DNA from: a virus
Lineage: Duplodnaviria; Caudoviricetes
IMG/VR virus record: IMGVR_UViG_2524614578_000001
Location: 9,107-73,106 of that record
Direction: 5' to 3' (one strand)
Length of the DNA: 64,000 nt
Below are positions 36,780 through 47,511 of this stretch, in pieces. A program made the position numbers and the translations under genes. The notes under the pieces are model-generated. The model ran no database searches, was not told where the DNA came from, and saw only the letters and a program-made list of their open reading frames with translations. Within the stretch, counting starts at the first letter, position 1. The number at the start of each line of letters is the position of its first letter.

Positions 36780-39700
36780 ATGTCGTTCCTCGTCGCCGAG
36801 GGCCACGTCCAGGTCGACGCACGCACCGGCGACGCGGTACGGGAGATCGACAAACTGGTCGCCGCGATGGGCAAGCTGAGCCCCGCGTCCGCCGCCGCCT
36901 CCAACGGCATGAAGGACTTGGCGACCCGGGCCACCGCTGGCGGTGTCGCACTCGGCAAGATGGCGAAGCAAGCCATCGACGCCGAGAAGGCGCTGGTGCG
37001 GCTGCGTGCTTCGGCCGGGGACATCCGAGTGCAGGCGCAGCTCGATGACCAGATCGCCCCCGGGGCGGCTGCGATCAAAGCAGCACTGCGGGACCTGAAG
37101 AACGAAAGCCCCGTACGGTTGCGCGCCGAGTTCGACGGCGACGCCACCCAGATCGCCGCCTCCGCTCAAGCCATGCGCGACCTGCGGGGCGACGCCCGCG
37201 GTGCCGGCACCTCTCTCAACTCGCTCACCGCCCGCGCTGCCGCGGCAGCAGCAGCCCTGTCGGAGCTGGCGGACGAGGCGAACGACGCAGACCGTGCGCT
37301 GGGGCGGCTGCGCAACTCGGCCGCCGAGACGGCCGCTGCGCTCACCGCGCTGCGTGCCGCATCCACCAGCGCCAGCAACTCGATGCGCACCTTGTCGGGG
37401 CGGACCGACTCCACCGGCGGCCGGATGGACAACCTGGGCGACCGGTCCCGGGCTCTGCGCACCGACATCGACGAACTGGGCGGAGCCCTCGGCAGGTCCG
37501 GTGACGCCCTCCTGCGGATCCGAGGCAGCTTCGGCAGCGCGGGAGCCGGGGCAGCAGGAGCCAGCCGCAACATGGGCGTGCTGATGCGGGGGGCGCTGCT
37601 GCTGGCGCCCGCGCTCATTCCGATCGCGGCGTCGGCTACGGCCGTTGCGCTCTCGGCTGCTGCGGCTGCCGGCGGTGTGGCCGCGTTCGGCGCCGCAGTG
37701 ATCCCGCAGATCCAGCAGTTGGCGAAGGCCGCCGAGGCAGAGACGAAGTACAAGGAAGCCCTGGAGGAGCACGGCCGCGGCAGCAAGCAGGCTGCGGAGG
37801 CGTCGGCCGAGCAGCAGCGGGTGCTGCGGACGTTGCCGCCGGAGACGCAGAAGGCGGCAGCCGCGTTCTCGGTGTTGCGGGACGAGTACAAGTCCTGGTC
37901 GAACTCGTTGTCCGGGGACACCATGCCGGTGCTCACGCACGGCATGGGCCTGATTCAGGCGATGCTGCCGAAGATGACGCCGCTGGTGCGGGGTACGGCG
38001 AATGAGCTGGATCGCATGTTCACGATCCTCGCGGGGGCCAGTCAGACGCCCGGCTTCGACGCGATGATCGCGAAGTTCACGACGTTCTCGACGGGTGCAT
38101 TGCGGTCGGCGACGACGCAGATGGTGGCGTTCGCGACGTCGATGAACACCGGCGAGTTCGGCGGCAACTTCCGCGAGTTCATGGACTACGCCCGCACCAA
38201 CGGGCCGCTGGTCGCCGAGTCGCTCGGGAACCTGGCCGGGGCCACTGTGCATCTGCTGGCGTCGATGGCAGACGTAGGTGTGTCGGCCCTGACGGTGGCC
38301 AACGCCCTCGCCCAACTGATCAACGCCGTACCCACTGGGGCGATCACCACGTTCGTGCAGTTGTACGCCGCGATGAAGCTGATCCAGATGGGCGCGGCCG
38401 GGATCGCCGCCGTCACCGGCTCGGCTGCGGTCGCGAACCTGACGGCGTTCATCCGCGCCGCTCGCTTCGGCGGCGTCGCTACCGCTGCTTCCGGTGTCAT
38501 CGCTGGCATGTCGACCCTGTCGAAGGGGGTCGGTATCGCGACGGCGGCCTTCGCTGCCTTCTATGCGGGTCAGAAGATCGGCGAGGCGTTCTGGCGGCAG
38601 ACGCCGTACAGCACTGAGCAGATGAGCCGCGCCTTCACGAACCTGTCGAGGACGGGCCGCCTGGCAGGCATCGACATGGACCGCATGGCCGGCAGCTTCA
38701 AGCGTGTCCAAGAAGCGTCGATCATGGACACGATCTACGACTACGGCACCTTCCACTCGAACCAGGAGTGGAAGAAGGCCAGCGGCGACCTGGAGGCGTT
38801 CGACCAGCAGTTGGGGAGCCTCGTTAAGTCCGGCAATGCGTCCCTCGCGAAAGAGGGCTTCGACCGCATGGCCGCGACGATGATGAAGCAGGGCAAGTCG
38901 CTGGCCGAGGTGAAGGCCGCGTTCCCCGGCTACCGGGAGGCGCTGGCCGCGGCGAAGATGGAGCAGCAGCTCGCCGCCGCCGGAATGGGCCTGTTCGGGC
39001 AGCAGGCCATCGCGGCGAAGCAGAAGCTGGACGCACAGAAGGCATCGGCGGACGGCCTGCGCCAGTCCCTCCAAGCACTCAACGATGTGCAGCGCGCCGG
39101 CCTCGGCGGCATGATCGGCTTCGAGCAGGCCATCGACGCCGCCGCGAAGGCCGCGAAGGAGAACGCCGGCGCCCTGTCGATGACGCACGGCGAGCTGAAC
39201 CTCAACTCGGAGAAGGCCCGCAACGCGGCCTCCGCACTCCAGGATCTCGCTTCGAAGACGGACGAGGCCACGGCCAGCGCCCGCGAGTCCGGGGCCAGTT
39301 GGCAGCGCATCTCCGGCATCTATAGCCGCGGCCGGGCGTCGTTCGTGCAGGCGGCGCAGGCAATGGGCCTGACCAAGTCCGAGGCGAATCAGCTCGCCGA
39401 CCAGTTGCTGAAGATCCCGGAGAAGAAGTCGACGAAGATCGCCATGGAGACGGAGGACGCCACCCGCGGCCTGGCCTCCGTCATCTCGGCGATCAACAAG
39501 ACGCCGGACTCCAAGTCCGTCACGGTCAAGGCACTGTCCGACGGTGCTGTTCTTGCACTGCAAGACCTCGGCTTCAAGGTCAAGCGGCTGCCCAACGGTT
39601 CGTTCAAGGTGACCGCCCAGACCGGCGACGTCGGCTCGAAGCTCGACGCCGTGAAGCGGCTCCGCGACGGCCTCAAGGACAAGACAGTCACGATCTCCGC

Positions 39701-41480
39701 GAAGGCCGCGGCGGCGATAGCCGGCCTTGACGGTGTCATCGCGAAGATGAAGGCCACTCCGGGCAGCAAGACGGTCACGGTCAAGACGCTGTCCGGGTCG
39801 GCGATCGCGGCGCTGGAATCCGTCGGCTTCAAGGTGAAGCGGCTCCCGGACGGACGCATCTCCGTCACGGCGAACACCGGTTCGGCGCGGGCCAACATCG
39901 GTGCCGTGCAGGCCGCCCGCGACCGGCTGTCCAACAAGTCCATCACGATCACTACGAACCGGGTCACCAACGTCGTGACCAACTATGTGACCAGCCGGAA
40001 GGCCAGCAAGGGTGCCACGTTCGGACGGAACGGCTCCTACTGGGCGCGGGGCGGCCACCTCCCCGGCTTCGCCGACGGGGGCTCGACGTCGCTCGTCCAG
40101 GACGTGCAGATGTTCCCGCAGGGCGGCTTCGTCTCCGGACCCGGCACCGGCACGAGCGACAGCATTCCTGCGATCTCCATGGCCGGGATGCCGTATCGCA
40201 TCTCCAACACCGAGTACGTCATCCGCGCCGACTCGGTGAGCAAGTACGGCGTGCCGATGCTCGATGCCATCAACGAGGGCCGGTTCGTCATCCCCGGCTT
40301 CGCCGATGGCGGCATGCCCGGCTACAAGAAGGGCGGCCTCACCGCCAAGCAGAAGGCGGCCATCGCAGCGGAGAAGCAGCGGCAGAAGGAAGGCAAGTCG
40401 GCTCTCACCTCCGACACGACGTTCACCGCCGCGGGCAAGCTGGCGGGCTACAAGTACACCGAGACGATCCACGACTTGGGCATGTCGGACTCGACGGCTT
40501 CGCTGGTCACCTCGGTCAACACCTACTTGAACAACATCAAGAAGGCGTTCACGGGGAAGACCGAAACGACGCTGGTCAAGCAGCTCACGTCGTCGGCTGC
40601 CACGCTGTTCGCGCACCAGAAGAACCTGGAGTCCGTCAACAAGCAGTTGGAGGACGCGAAGCAGTCCCTCGCCGACGTGAAGGGCGAGTTCGACAACCTC
40701 CGCAACAGCGTCAAGAACAGCCTGATCGGCTTCGCGAACATCACCAAGGTCGGCAAGTGGGGCACCAACCCGCAGGTGCTCATCGACCAGCTTCGGCAGG
40801 ACACCACCCGCACCACCCAGTTCGCTTCTCAGCTCGACCAGCTCAAGGCCCGCGGCCTCAACTCCACGATCCTTCAGGACATCGCCGAGGCAGGTATCGC
40901 CGGCGGCGGGGCGGCGACTGCCACATCTCTGCTGGCCGCATCCCCAGCACAGATCGCGGAGATCAACCGGTTGCAGGCGCAGCTCACTACCGCCGCGGAT
41001 GCCGCGGGCAAGACCACCGCAACTGCCATGTTCGGCGCCGGCGTCCAGGCCGCGGAGGGCCTGGTGGCCGGGTTGACGGCGAAGCAGTCGCAGATCGAGA
41101 CGGCCATGATGAACATCGCCAAGGCGATGGAGAAGTCCATCAAGAAGGCCCTCGGCATCAAGTCGCCGTCCACAGTGATGGAGCAGGTTGGCGACTTCGC
41201 TCAGCAGGGCTTGGCGAAGGGCTGGACGAAGCCGTCCACCCCGGCCAGTTCGCTCATCACCTCGCCCACGTCGAGCGCGTTGCGGGTGCAGGTCACCGCC
41301 CCTGCCGCAGCGTCGGCGCCGGCCGCGTCGGGTGGGGCGTGCATCAACGTGCAGAACCTGAACGTCAACGTGCGCGGCACCTACGACTTCGCCTCCCCGG
41401 CCGAGCGGCGCGCCGTCGCCAAGGCCCTGGTGAAGGACATCAACGAGGAACTGCGCGCCTACCAGCGGCAGCGGGGGTGA
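36780..41480 (+). CDS. Tape measure protein
   Basis: 1566 aa, Ala-rich helical; GPGTGTSDSIPA, LGIKSPS. Confidence 0.93.
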   Translation: MSFLVAEGHVQVDARTGDAVREIDKLVAAMGKLSPASAAASNGMKDLATRATAGGVALGKMAKQAIDAEKALVRLRASAGDIRVQAQLDDQIAPGAAAIKAALRDLKNESPVRLRAEFDGDATQIAASAQAMRDLRGDARGAGTSLNSLTARAAAAAAALSELADEANDADRALGRLRNSAAETAAALTALRAASTSASNSMRTLSGRTDSTGGRMDNLGDRSRALRTDIDELGGALGRSGDALLRIRGSFGSAGAGAAGASRNMGVLMRGALLLAPALIPIAASATAVALSAAAAAGGVAAFGAAVIPQIQQLAKAAEAETKYKEALEEHGRGSKQAAEASAEQQRVLRTLPPETQKAAAAFSVLRDEYKSWSNSLSGDTMPVLTHGMGLIQAMLPKMTPLVRGTANELDRMFTILAGASQTPGFDAMIAKFTTFSTGALRSATTQMVAFATSMNTGEFGGNFREFMDYARTNGPLVAESLGNLAGATVHLLASMADVGVSALTVANALAQLINAVPTGAITTFVQLYAAMKLIQMGAAGIAAVTGSAAVANLTAFIRAARFGGVATAASGVIAGMSTLSKGVGIATAAFAAFYAGQKIGEAFWRQTPYSTEQMSRAFTNLSRTGRLAGIDMDRMAGSFKRVQEASIMDTIYDYGTFHSNQEWKKASGDLEAFDQQLGSLVKSGNASLAKEGFDRMAATMMKQGKSLAEVKAAFPGYREALAAAKMEQQLAAAGMGLFGQQAIAAKQKLDAQKASADGLRQSLQALNDVQRAGLGGMIGFEQAIDAAAKAAKENAGALSMTHGELNLNSEKARNAASALQDLASKTDEATASARESGASWQRISGIYSRGRASFVQAAQAMGLTKSEANQLADQLLKIPEKKSTKIAMETEDATRGLASVISAINKTPDSKSVTVKALSDGAVLALQDLGFKVKRLPNGSFKVTAQTGDVGSKLDAVKRLRDGLKDKTVTISAKAAAAIAGLDGVIAKMKATPGSKTVTVKTLSGSAIAALESVGFKVKRLPDGRISVTANTGSARANIGAVQAARDRLSNKSITITTNRVTNVVTNYVTSRKASKGATFGRNGSYWARGGHLPGFADGGSTSLVQDVQMFPQGGFVSGPGTGTSDSIPAISMAGMPYRISNTEYVIRADSVSKYGVPMLDAINEGRFVIPGFADGGMPGYKKGGLTAKQKAAIAAEKQRQKEGKSALTSDTTFTAAGKLAGYKYTETIHDLGMSDSTASLVTSVNTYLNNIKKAFTGKTETTLVKQLTSSAATLFAHQKNLESVNKQLEDAKQSLADVKGEFDNLRNSVKNSLIGFANITKVGKWGTNPQVLIDQLRQDTTRTTQFASQLDQLKARGLNSTILQDIAEAGIAGGGAATATSLLAASPAQIAEINRLQAQLTTAADAAGKTTATAMFGAGVQAAEGLVAGLTAKQSQIETAMMNIAKAMEKSIKKALGIKSPSTVMEQVGDFAQQGLAKGWTKPSTPASSLITSPTSSALRVQVTAPAAASAPAASGGACINVQNLNVNVRGTYDFASPAERRAVAKALVKDINEELRAYQRQRG

Positions 41481-41486
41481 CGGGCG

Positions 41487-42695
41487 ATGCCACAGGGAAA
41501 CTACGGCGACCTCATGGTGGGCCGGCTGCTGCTCCGGGAAACGTTCAAAGCGGCTGAGGCATCGGGGGAGACGTCCCGCGGCCTGGATGTCGAGGGGCAG
41601 GAGTCCTCGCCGCCACGAACCCGCGACGAGGTGGTGTGGCGGCACGACAACCTCCTCGCACTGGACCGGGCGGCCGTGCAGCCGGTGACGTTCACGGACA
41701 AGCCCGAACGGAACTGCTACGCGCGGGTGTCGACGGCGACGGCGGACTACACCGAGTGGCGCGGCGACGTCGTCACGTCCGACTGGAAACTCGGCCTCGA
41801 CAGGCTCGGCTCCGAGACCGAGTCGGACCTTCAGTCCCGCCTGACCGGTGTCGCCCGCGTCAACAACTTCTCCCTGCCGGGGGAGCGGTGGCATGCGCCG
41901 CCGATCGGCCACTACGGCTACTACACCGGCTCGTCCAATCCGACCGTCATGACGCGCACGGGCGCGGAGGGCGCGATGACGGTGTACCGCGGCGTCCCGG
42001 CAGGGACGTTCCCGCGGTGGGGCTGCGCGCCGGCGGACTACCTGCGCGGCCGGGTGCGGCTCACCTCGGGCGGCTTCGAGCTGTGCGGAACGGAACAGCG
42101 GCTCCCCGCGACTGGGTGGGCACTGTCGAACGGCCTCGTCAACGTCACCACCTCGGCCAGCGCGTCGCTGGATGTGCAGGCGTACACGGGCGGCGGGTGG
42201 CGGTCGAAGCTGTGGAACGTCTCGGTCGCGGGCTCAGGGTCGTCGATTCCGGCGTGGGACGGGGCGACGTTGCTGCGGAACGATCCGGAGCATGTCGTGC
42301 TGCGCCTCACCCGCTCCATGGGGCCCGGCCGGGCGACGCTCGACTTGGCGCTGCGCCGCGGCTCCCGAGTGGTGGAGGGCTACCTACAGGCCAGCGGCGC
42401 TAACACGCTGGTCGCCTACCGGCAGGCGTCGGAGACCAACACCTCCGCGGCGGCGTCCGGTTACGTGAGCGCCACGAGCAACGACGTGGACGGCAACCGG
42501 TTCGTGTGCGGCTCAGCCAAGACGTTCACCGCACACAGCAACGGCGGCGTACAGAAGGCCGCCACGACAAGCCTGGACTTCTGGATCGGCGTCGCCGTAG
42601 GCGGCTCCTCCGCCGTCGCAGGCGATACCGCACTCGATCTGCGCAACCAGTACATCGGCACCCTGCCGGAGACGACCTACTGTGTGAGGCGGTGA
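41487..42695 (+). CDS. Minor tail protein
   Basis: Directly after tape measure. Confidence 0.7.
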   Translation: MPQGNYGDLMVGRLLLRETFKAAEASGETSRGLDVEGQESSPPRTRDEVVWRHDNLLALDRAAVQPVTFTDKPERNCYARVSTATADYTEWRGDVVTSDWKLGLDRLGSETESDLQSRLTGVARVNNFSLPGERWHAPPIGHYGYYTGSSNPTVMTRTGAEGAMTVYRGVPAGTFPRWGCAPADYLRGRVRLTSGGFELCGTEQRLPATGWALSNGLVNVTTSASASLDVQAYTGGGWRSKLWNVSVAGSGSSIPAWDGATLLRNDPEHVVLRLTRSMGPGRATLDLALRRGSRVVEGYLQASGANTLVAYRQASETNTSAAASGYVSATSNDVDGNRFVCGSAKTFTAHSNGGVQKAATTSLDFWIGVAVGGSSAVAGDTALDLRNQYIGTLPETTYCVRR

Positions 42696-42699
42696 CCGG

Positions 42700-45612
42700 G
42701 TGGCCATCACCGAAGTCCTCGCCTCCTACGGCAGTTGGGACCTGCGGCTCAAGCCGACCACGCCGACGGACCTGTGGGATCGGGTCGCCTACTTCGGGCA
42801 CGTTGCTGTGGTGCCCGGACGTGTGGATCCGGTGCAGTACGGCGACAACTTGCTGACCGCTGCCGCCTACGTCGGTGTCATCCGGAAACGGGAAACCACA
42901 GGTGACGACCGCCGCACGAAGGTGGTGGAGCAGGGCTACACCATGGGCGGCGTCGGCATGGAGGTGTGGCTCGGAGACGAGGACGACAAGGGCGCCATCT
43001 TCGAGACCGCCGTCGACCTCACCAACGCCACGTTCTCGAACGCCGTGCGGGCGCTGCTGCCCGCCTCTGGCGCGGTCACCGAGGGAACGCTGTACAGCGT
43101 GCCGGGCAACCCGACGTACGGCGGCAGGCACCAGTACGAGACGCCGCGCAAGGCCATCTCGTACGTGTGCGACACCGTCGGGGCGAGCGCGGGTGTGCGG
43201 CTGTCCCATCGCGTCAACGGCGACGGCACGCTCGACGCAGGCCCGGAAGAGGATCTGTACGTCACCGATCCGAAGTGCGTCATCTCCCGCATCCCCGCGG
43301 GTGTGGACGCGGGCGTGGAGTCCATCCCGGGCGGCTTCGCGGTGGCCCGGGACTCCGAGGACTACAGCACGCGGGTGGTGCTCCTCGCCGAGGGCGACGG
43401 CGAGTCCATCGCCACCGCCGTGGCGGACATCGACCCCGGGCTGAACCCGTACAAGGACATCCACGGCAACGCCCTGAAGATGACGCGCATGGTGTCCGAG
43501 TCGGACACGACCGTGGAGAACGCCGACGCCCGCGCCGAGCTGGCGTTGGGCCAGTACACGACGACTCAGAACGAGTTGAAGGTCGAGACCGACAACTACT
43601 ACATCGAGGGCTCGTTCAAGCCGGGTGACTACGTGTGGGCGTACGACCCGGACTCCGGCATCGTCGACACCAACAACGAACTGATCTTCCGCGGCGAGCG
43701 CATCAACCCGATGAGGCTCCAGGTCACGGAGAAGCAGTGGCCTGTCACTGCCGACTACACGGTGGCGTACCGGGCGCCGGACGGCACGTGGTGGGACCTG
43801 ACGGACTACACGGAGTGGGACGGCTCCGTCACCGTCTACGCCACCATCGGCGACTTCGCCCGGTCCCTGACGACGGCGAGCGCGCAGCCGGTCGGAACCC
43901 GTCCGTCGACTGACACGAGCACGCCCGGCATCCCTACACTCACCGAACCGTTCGTCGGCTCGGCGTACCTGGACGCCCGCGGATTCACCCGCGCCCGGGT
44001 GGTGATCTCGTGGCAGGCGCCCAACAACACCGACGGCTCCACGGTCCTCGACGGCGACCACTACGAGATCCGGTGGGGCATCGACACCGACATGATCTAC
44101 CCCGCCACCTGGTCGCAGGTGTCGCAGGTGCGGTGGATGGACTTGCAGACGTGGGCACAGCCGTTCGCCGCACCCGATGGCGACTGGCAGACCATGTTCG
44201 TGGCGTGGGGCGAGTCGACGGCGCAGCTCAACGACCTGTCGCCGGGCGTGGGTTACGACGTGCAGATCCGCGCGGTGGACAGGGCGGGCAACTACGGGGC
44301 GTGGGGCCCGGTCACGACGTTTGTCGCGTCCGAGGACAACATCCCGCCGTCCACGCCAGCCCCGCCGGCCGTGGCCGCCAGCAGGATCGCAGTGCAGGTC
44401 ACGCACGAGTTGGGTAAGGCGTCCGGCGGCACGTACAACCTGGAGCGGGACCTGCACCATCTCGAAGTGCATGTCGACTACGAGCCGTACTTCACCCCGT
44501 CCGAGGCCACGCTGAAGGCCAAGGTGTCGGCGACGGCCGGGATGATCCAAGGGCAGATTCCCGTCGTCGCCACCGTGCAGATCGAGGAGACCAGCGAGCG
44601 GTACGTCCGCGTCATCGCCGTGGACCAGACCGGCAACAAGTCCGGCCCCTCCGATGCGGCCAGCGCCACCGCCCTGCTGATCGATGACGCGCACATCTCC
44701 GACCTGACCGTCTCCAAGGTCACGGCCGGCACCATCACCGCAAGCTGGGTGATGGCCGGCGAGATCAAGACCGGGGACTCCGGCGCCCGCGCCCGCATGT
44801 CCATGAACGGGTTCGAGCTGTACAACGCCGGGGGTACGAGGACGTTCCTCGCCGATGCCGCTACCGGCAACGTGTCCATCGTCGGGGAACTCAGCTCGGG
44901 CGTCAGCGGGCGGCGCCTCGTCGTCAACCCTGCCTCGACATTGGTGCCGCAGATCCGCTTCTACCCGACGACCGGTACTGACTACGCGCTGATCAGCTCC
45001 TACGACGGCCCCGACGTGCCCACCACCAACCCCACGGTCCAAGTCCGATCGGGCCTCGGAACCAACAACGACTACGGCCTGATGGTCAGCAGCGGAGACC
45101 GCACCTTCATCGGCCGCTACGTAACCGACGTCGATGGCGTGTACAAGCCACAGGGCGGCAACCTGTTCACGTCGAAGGACTACGCCAGCCTCAGCCACTT
45201 CGACTTCAACGGCACGAATGACTACGGCGGGGTCTTCTATGCCGATGCCACCTCAGCGATCGCGGGCGTACGACAGAACAACGCGGAAGCCGCATACCTC
45301 GCCTTCACAACCAGCGACGGATCCATCCGCGCCATCGGCGAGATCGAAACCTCCACAGACCCACAAGCCGCGCTCATCATCGGCACCGTCAACGTGTCCG
45401 GCGGCCCCTACAGCACCGTCACCCGCACCTACGGCCCGACCTACACCGGCACCCCCCGCGTCATCCCCTACGTGTGGGACGGCGACGTCACCACCACCAC
45501 AGCCCGCGCACACATGCTGTCCGACAACAGCAGCACCGGCTTCCAGATGCAGTTCAGCGGCAGCACCACGGCGGGCTTCACCTTCTACTGGTGGGCTTGG
45601 AGGATCAACTAA
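42700..45612 (+). CDS. Large minor tail/hub protein with FN3-like domains
   Basis: YDVQIRAVDRAGN, RVIAVDQTGNKS, SKVTAGTITA. Confidence 0.8.
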   Translation: MAITEVLASYGSWDLRLKPTTPTDLWDRVAYFGHVAVVPGRVDPVQYGDNLLTAAAYVGVIRKRETTGDDRRTKVVEQGYTMGGVGMEVWLGDEDDKGAIFETAVDLTNATFSNAVRALLPASGAVTEGTLYSVPGNPTYGGRHQYETPRKAISYVCDTVGASAGVRLSHRVNGDGTLDAGPEEDLYVTDPKCVISRIPAGVDAGVESIPGGFAVARDSEDYSTRVVLLAEGDGESIATAVADIDPGLNPYKDIHGNALKMTRMVSESDTTVENADARAELALGQYTTTQNELKVETDNYYIEGSFKPGDYVWAYDPDSGIVDTNNELIFRGERINPMRLQVTEKQWPVTADYTVAYRAPDGTWWDLTDYTEWDGSVTVYATIGDFARSLTTASAQPVGTRPSTDTSTPGIPTLTEPFVGSAYLDARGFTRARVVISWQAPNNTDGSTVLDGDHYEIRWGIDTDMIYPATWSQVSQVRWMDLQTWAQPFAAPDGDWQTMFVAWGESTAQLNDLSPGVGYDVQIRAVDRAGNYGAWGPVTTFVASEDNIPPSTPAPPAVAASRIAVQVTHELGKASGGTYNLERDLHHLEVHVDYEPYFTPSEATLKAKVSATAGMIQGQIPVVATVQIEETSERYVRVIAVDQTGNKSGPSDAASATALLIDDAHISDLTVSKVTAGTITASWVMAGEIKTGDSGARARMSMNGFELYNAGGTRTFLADAATGNVSIVGELSSGVSGRRLVVNPASTLVPQIRFYPTTGTDYALISSYDGPDVPTTNPTVQVRSGLGTNNDYGLMVSSGDRTFIGRYVTDVDGVYKPQGGNLFTSKDYASLSHFDFNGTNDYGGVFYADATSAIAGVRQNNAEAAYLAFTTSDGSIRAIGEIETSTDPQAALIIGTVNVSGGPYSTVTRTYGPTYTGTPRVIPYVWDGDVTTTTARAHMLSDNSSTGFQMQFSGSTTAGFTFYWWAWRIN

Positions 45613-46259
45613 TGTCCACACCCACGTCCGCCACGGAGTGGACGATCACCAACGTGCAAGTCGAGGAGACTCCCCAAGGCGCCGAGGTCCACCTCGTCAA
45701 GGAGGCCCCCGACGGGCAACGCGACTTCCACTCCTTCCCTCTGGAGACACTGGAGTGGAGGGCCGCCGAGTACGACATCGATCCGGCGGATACGGACGCG
45801 CTCATCGACATCATCGTCCACGAGCCGTTCCTGCCCGACGCAGGTGACCCGGCGAACGTGTACGGCGACGCCGCCGCGGCAGCCGGATTCGTGTCGCCAG
45901 CCGTCGAAGCGCGCCGTGGCGTTGCCCCCCTGGAGCTGATGCCGACGACGCTCATGTCCGCTGAGACGCCCGAACTCGCCCGCGGCGCACACCAGGCCCG
46001 CATCGCCAATGCCAAGGCCACACGCGCCCACGTGAAGCGTCCTCGGGGCAAGGGTCGCAAGGACCCGTGCAAGCCCCTCGTCGACGCCTGGAAGACCTTC
46101 GTCGATGCCGGCGAGTTGGAGGCCAAGCGCTCGGCGGTCTCCCGCAAGCGTGCCCAACTGGCGGGTGCGGCAGCCGAACGTGTAGCACGAGGCGGAACAG
46201 GGGCTCGGCGGCGGGCACGCCGCGAGCCGACACCCATGCTGGAGGTCACCGATGCCTGA
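45612..46259 (+). CDS. Tail-region hypothetical protein
   Basis: TAATG coupling. Confidence 0.65.
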   Translation: MSTPTSATEWTITNVQVEETPQGAEVHLVKEAPDGQRDFHSFPLETLEWRAAEYDIDPADTDALIDIIVHEPFLPDAGDPANVYGDAAAAAGFVSPAVEARRGVAPLELMPTTLMSAETPELARGAHQARIANAKATRAHVKRPRGKGRKDPCKPLVDAWKTFVDAGELEAKRSAVSRKRAQLAGAAAERVARGGTGARRRARREPTPMLEVTDA

Positions 46260-47043
46260 GACGCCCACATCCAGACTCGGGCTCTACCGGCCCAAGGACG
46301 ACGGGTCAGAGCTGGTCAACGTTCAGACCGACCTCAACGGCAACTTCGTCAAGCTCGATGCAGCGGCCGGGTTCCAGATCGTCACCTCCACCACCCGACC
46401 GTCAACGCCCTATGCGGGCAAGGCCATTGCAGAGTCGGACACCGGCCGCACCTACTTCCACAACGGCACGTCGCCCGCTTCCGCCGGATACGTCGAACTC
46501 CCCAACAGCAGCGGCACCTACGGCAGTCACCTCAAGTTGTCCACCGGCACCGAAGTCGCATGGGGCACCGACATCGCCCTCTATCGGGCCGGCAGCGGCG
46601 TCCTCGGTGTGGCTGGTGACATCGCGGTGAGCACCACGACGTGGACCGCCTACGCGCCGACGGTGTCCAACGCTGGTACGGCGACGTGGGCGCAGCGTCT
46701 CGGCTGGTACAAGAAGCTCGGGAAGATCGTGTTCCTGGAGCTGTACCTCGCCGCATCCGCCGCGGGCTCTGGCACGACGGGCCTGACGGTGTCGCTGCCA
46801 TCCACCCCGTACCGCGACGGTGGCAGAGCGGGCACCACACAGCAGGCCATCCCTGCCCGCGCACAGGCCGTCGCGGCAGGCACCAACTCGTCAGTGTCCG
46901 GCGCAAGCTGCGGCGTCATCCTCCAAAGCGGCAGCGGCGCAGTCCTCGACCAACTGCGGGGACCCACTGACATCGTCATGCGCGGAGAACAAGTCGGCGC
47001 AGCAACGATCATCACTGTTCAAGGCTGGTATCGAGAAGCGTAA
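46252..47043 (+). CDS. Tail fibre / receptor-binding protein
   Basis: TSRLGLYRP...LNGNF.KLD; WTAYAPT...YKKLGKIV. Confidence 0.7.
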   Translation: MPETPTSRLGLYRPKDDGSELVNVQTDLNGNFVKLDAAAGFQIVTSTTRPSTPYAGKAIAESDTGRTYFHNGTSPASAGYVELPNSSGTYGSHLKLSTGTEVAWGTDIALYRAGSGVLGVAGDIAVSTTTWTAYAPTVSNAGTATWAQRLGWYKKLGKIVFLELYLAASAAGSGTTGLTVSLPSTPYRDGGRAGTTQQAIPARAQAVAAGTNSSVSGASCGVILQSGSGAVLDQLRGPTDIVMRGEQVGAATIITVQGWYREA

Positions 47044-47054
47044 GGAGCCGCACC

Positions 47055-47258
47055 ATGGCCATGGAGTATCCGTACGTCCGCGTCGAGTCGATCGACTCCT
47101 ACGCCGGCCTCTCGTCGGCGGTCGAGTTCCGCATAGCCAAGGACGAGACCAACGTGTCCGAGGCGGCCCTTGTCGCCGCGGTAGCCCAGGTCGTGGAGGA
47201 CAGCGGCCTGCCCCCGGCGACGGCGACACGGTTCAGCCTGGCTCAGGAGGTGCTGTGA
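47055..47258 (+). CDS. Small hypothetical protein
   Basis: RBS AAGGAG. Confidence 0.6.
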   Translation: MAMEYPYVRVESIDSYAGLSSAVEFRIAKDETNVSEAALVAAVAQVVEDSGLPPATATRFSLAQEVL

Positions 47259-47325
47259 TGTCGCTGTTCGAGGTGCTGGTCGTGATTGAGCTGGGTGTCA
47301 TCGCGCTCGCGCACGTCTGGCGCCG

Positions 47326-47511
47326 CTAGCCCTCAGTGCCCGCCGCACCGGGCGCGTACGGCATCTCCTGTGCTCGCTCCGTGGCGGGCTCCTGCCCCCG
47401 CTCCAGTTCACGGACGCGCGCCCGAAGCATGGTGATCTCCCAGTCCTTTTCGCCGAGCCGCTCTCGGGCGACTTCGAGCGCGGTGTCCATGCTGATCTGC
47501 TGCTGCATCAT
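47326..47511 (-). CDS. Small coiled-coil protein
   Basis: RBS GAGGAG; last gene of the antisense operon. Confidence 0.6.
   Translation of the reverse strand: MMQQQISMDTALEVARERLGEKDWEITMLRARVRELERGQEPATERAQEMPYAPGAAGTEG

Noticed and set aside
36699-41912. 1737-aa minus-strand ORF and similar long antisense ORFs (16825-18873, 42526-45198)
   Set aside because: Shadows of real high-GC genes on the opposite strand; Arg/Gly-rich with no motifs
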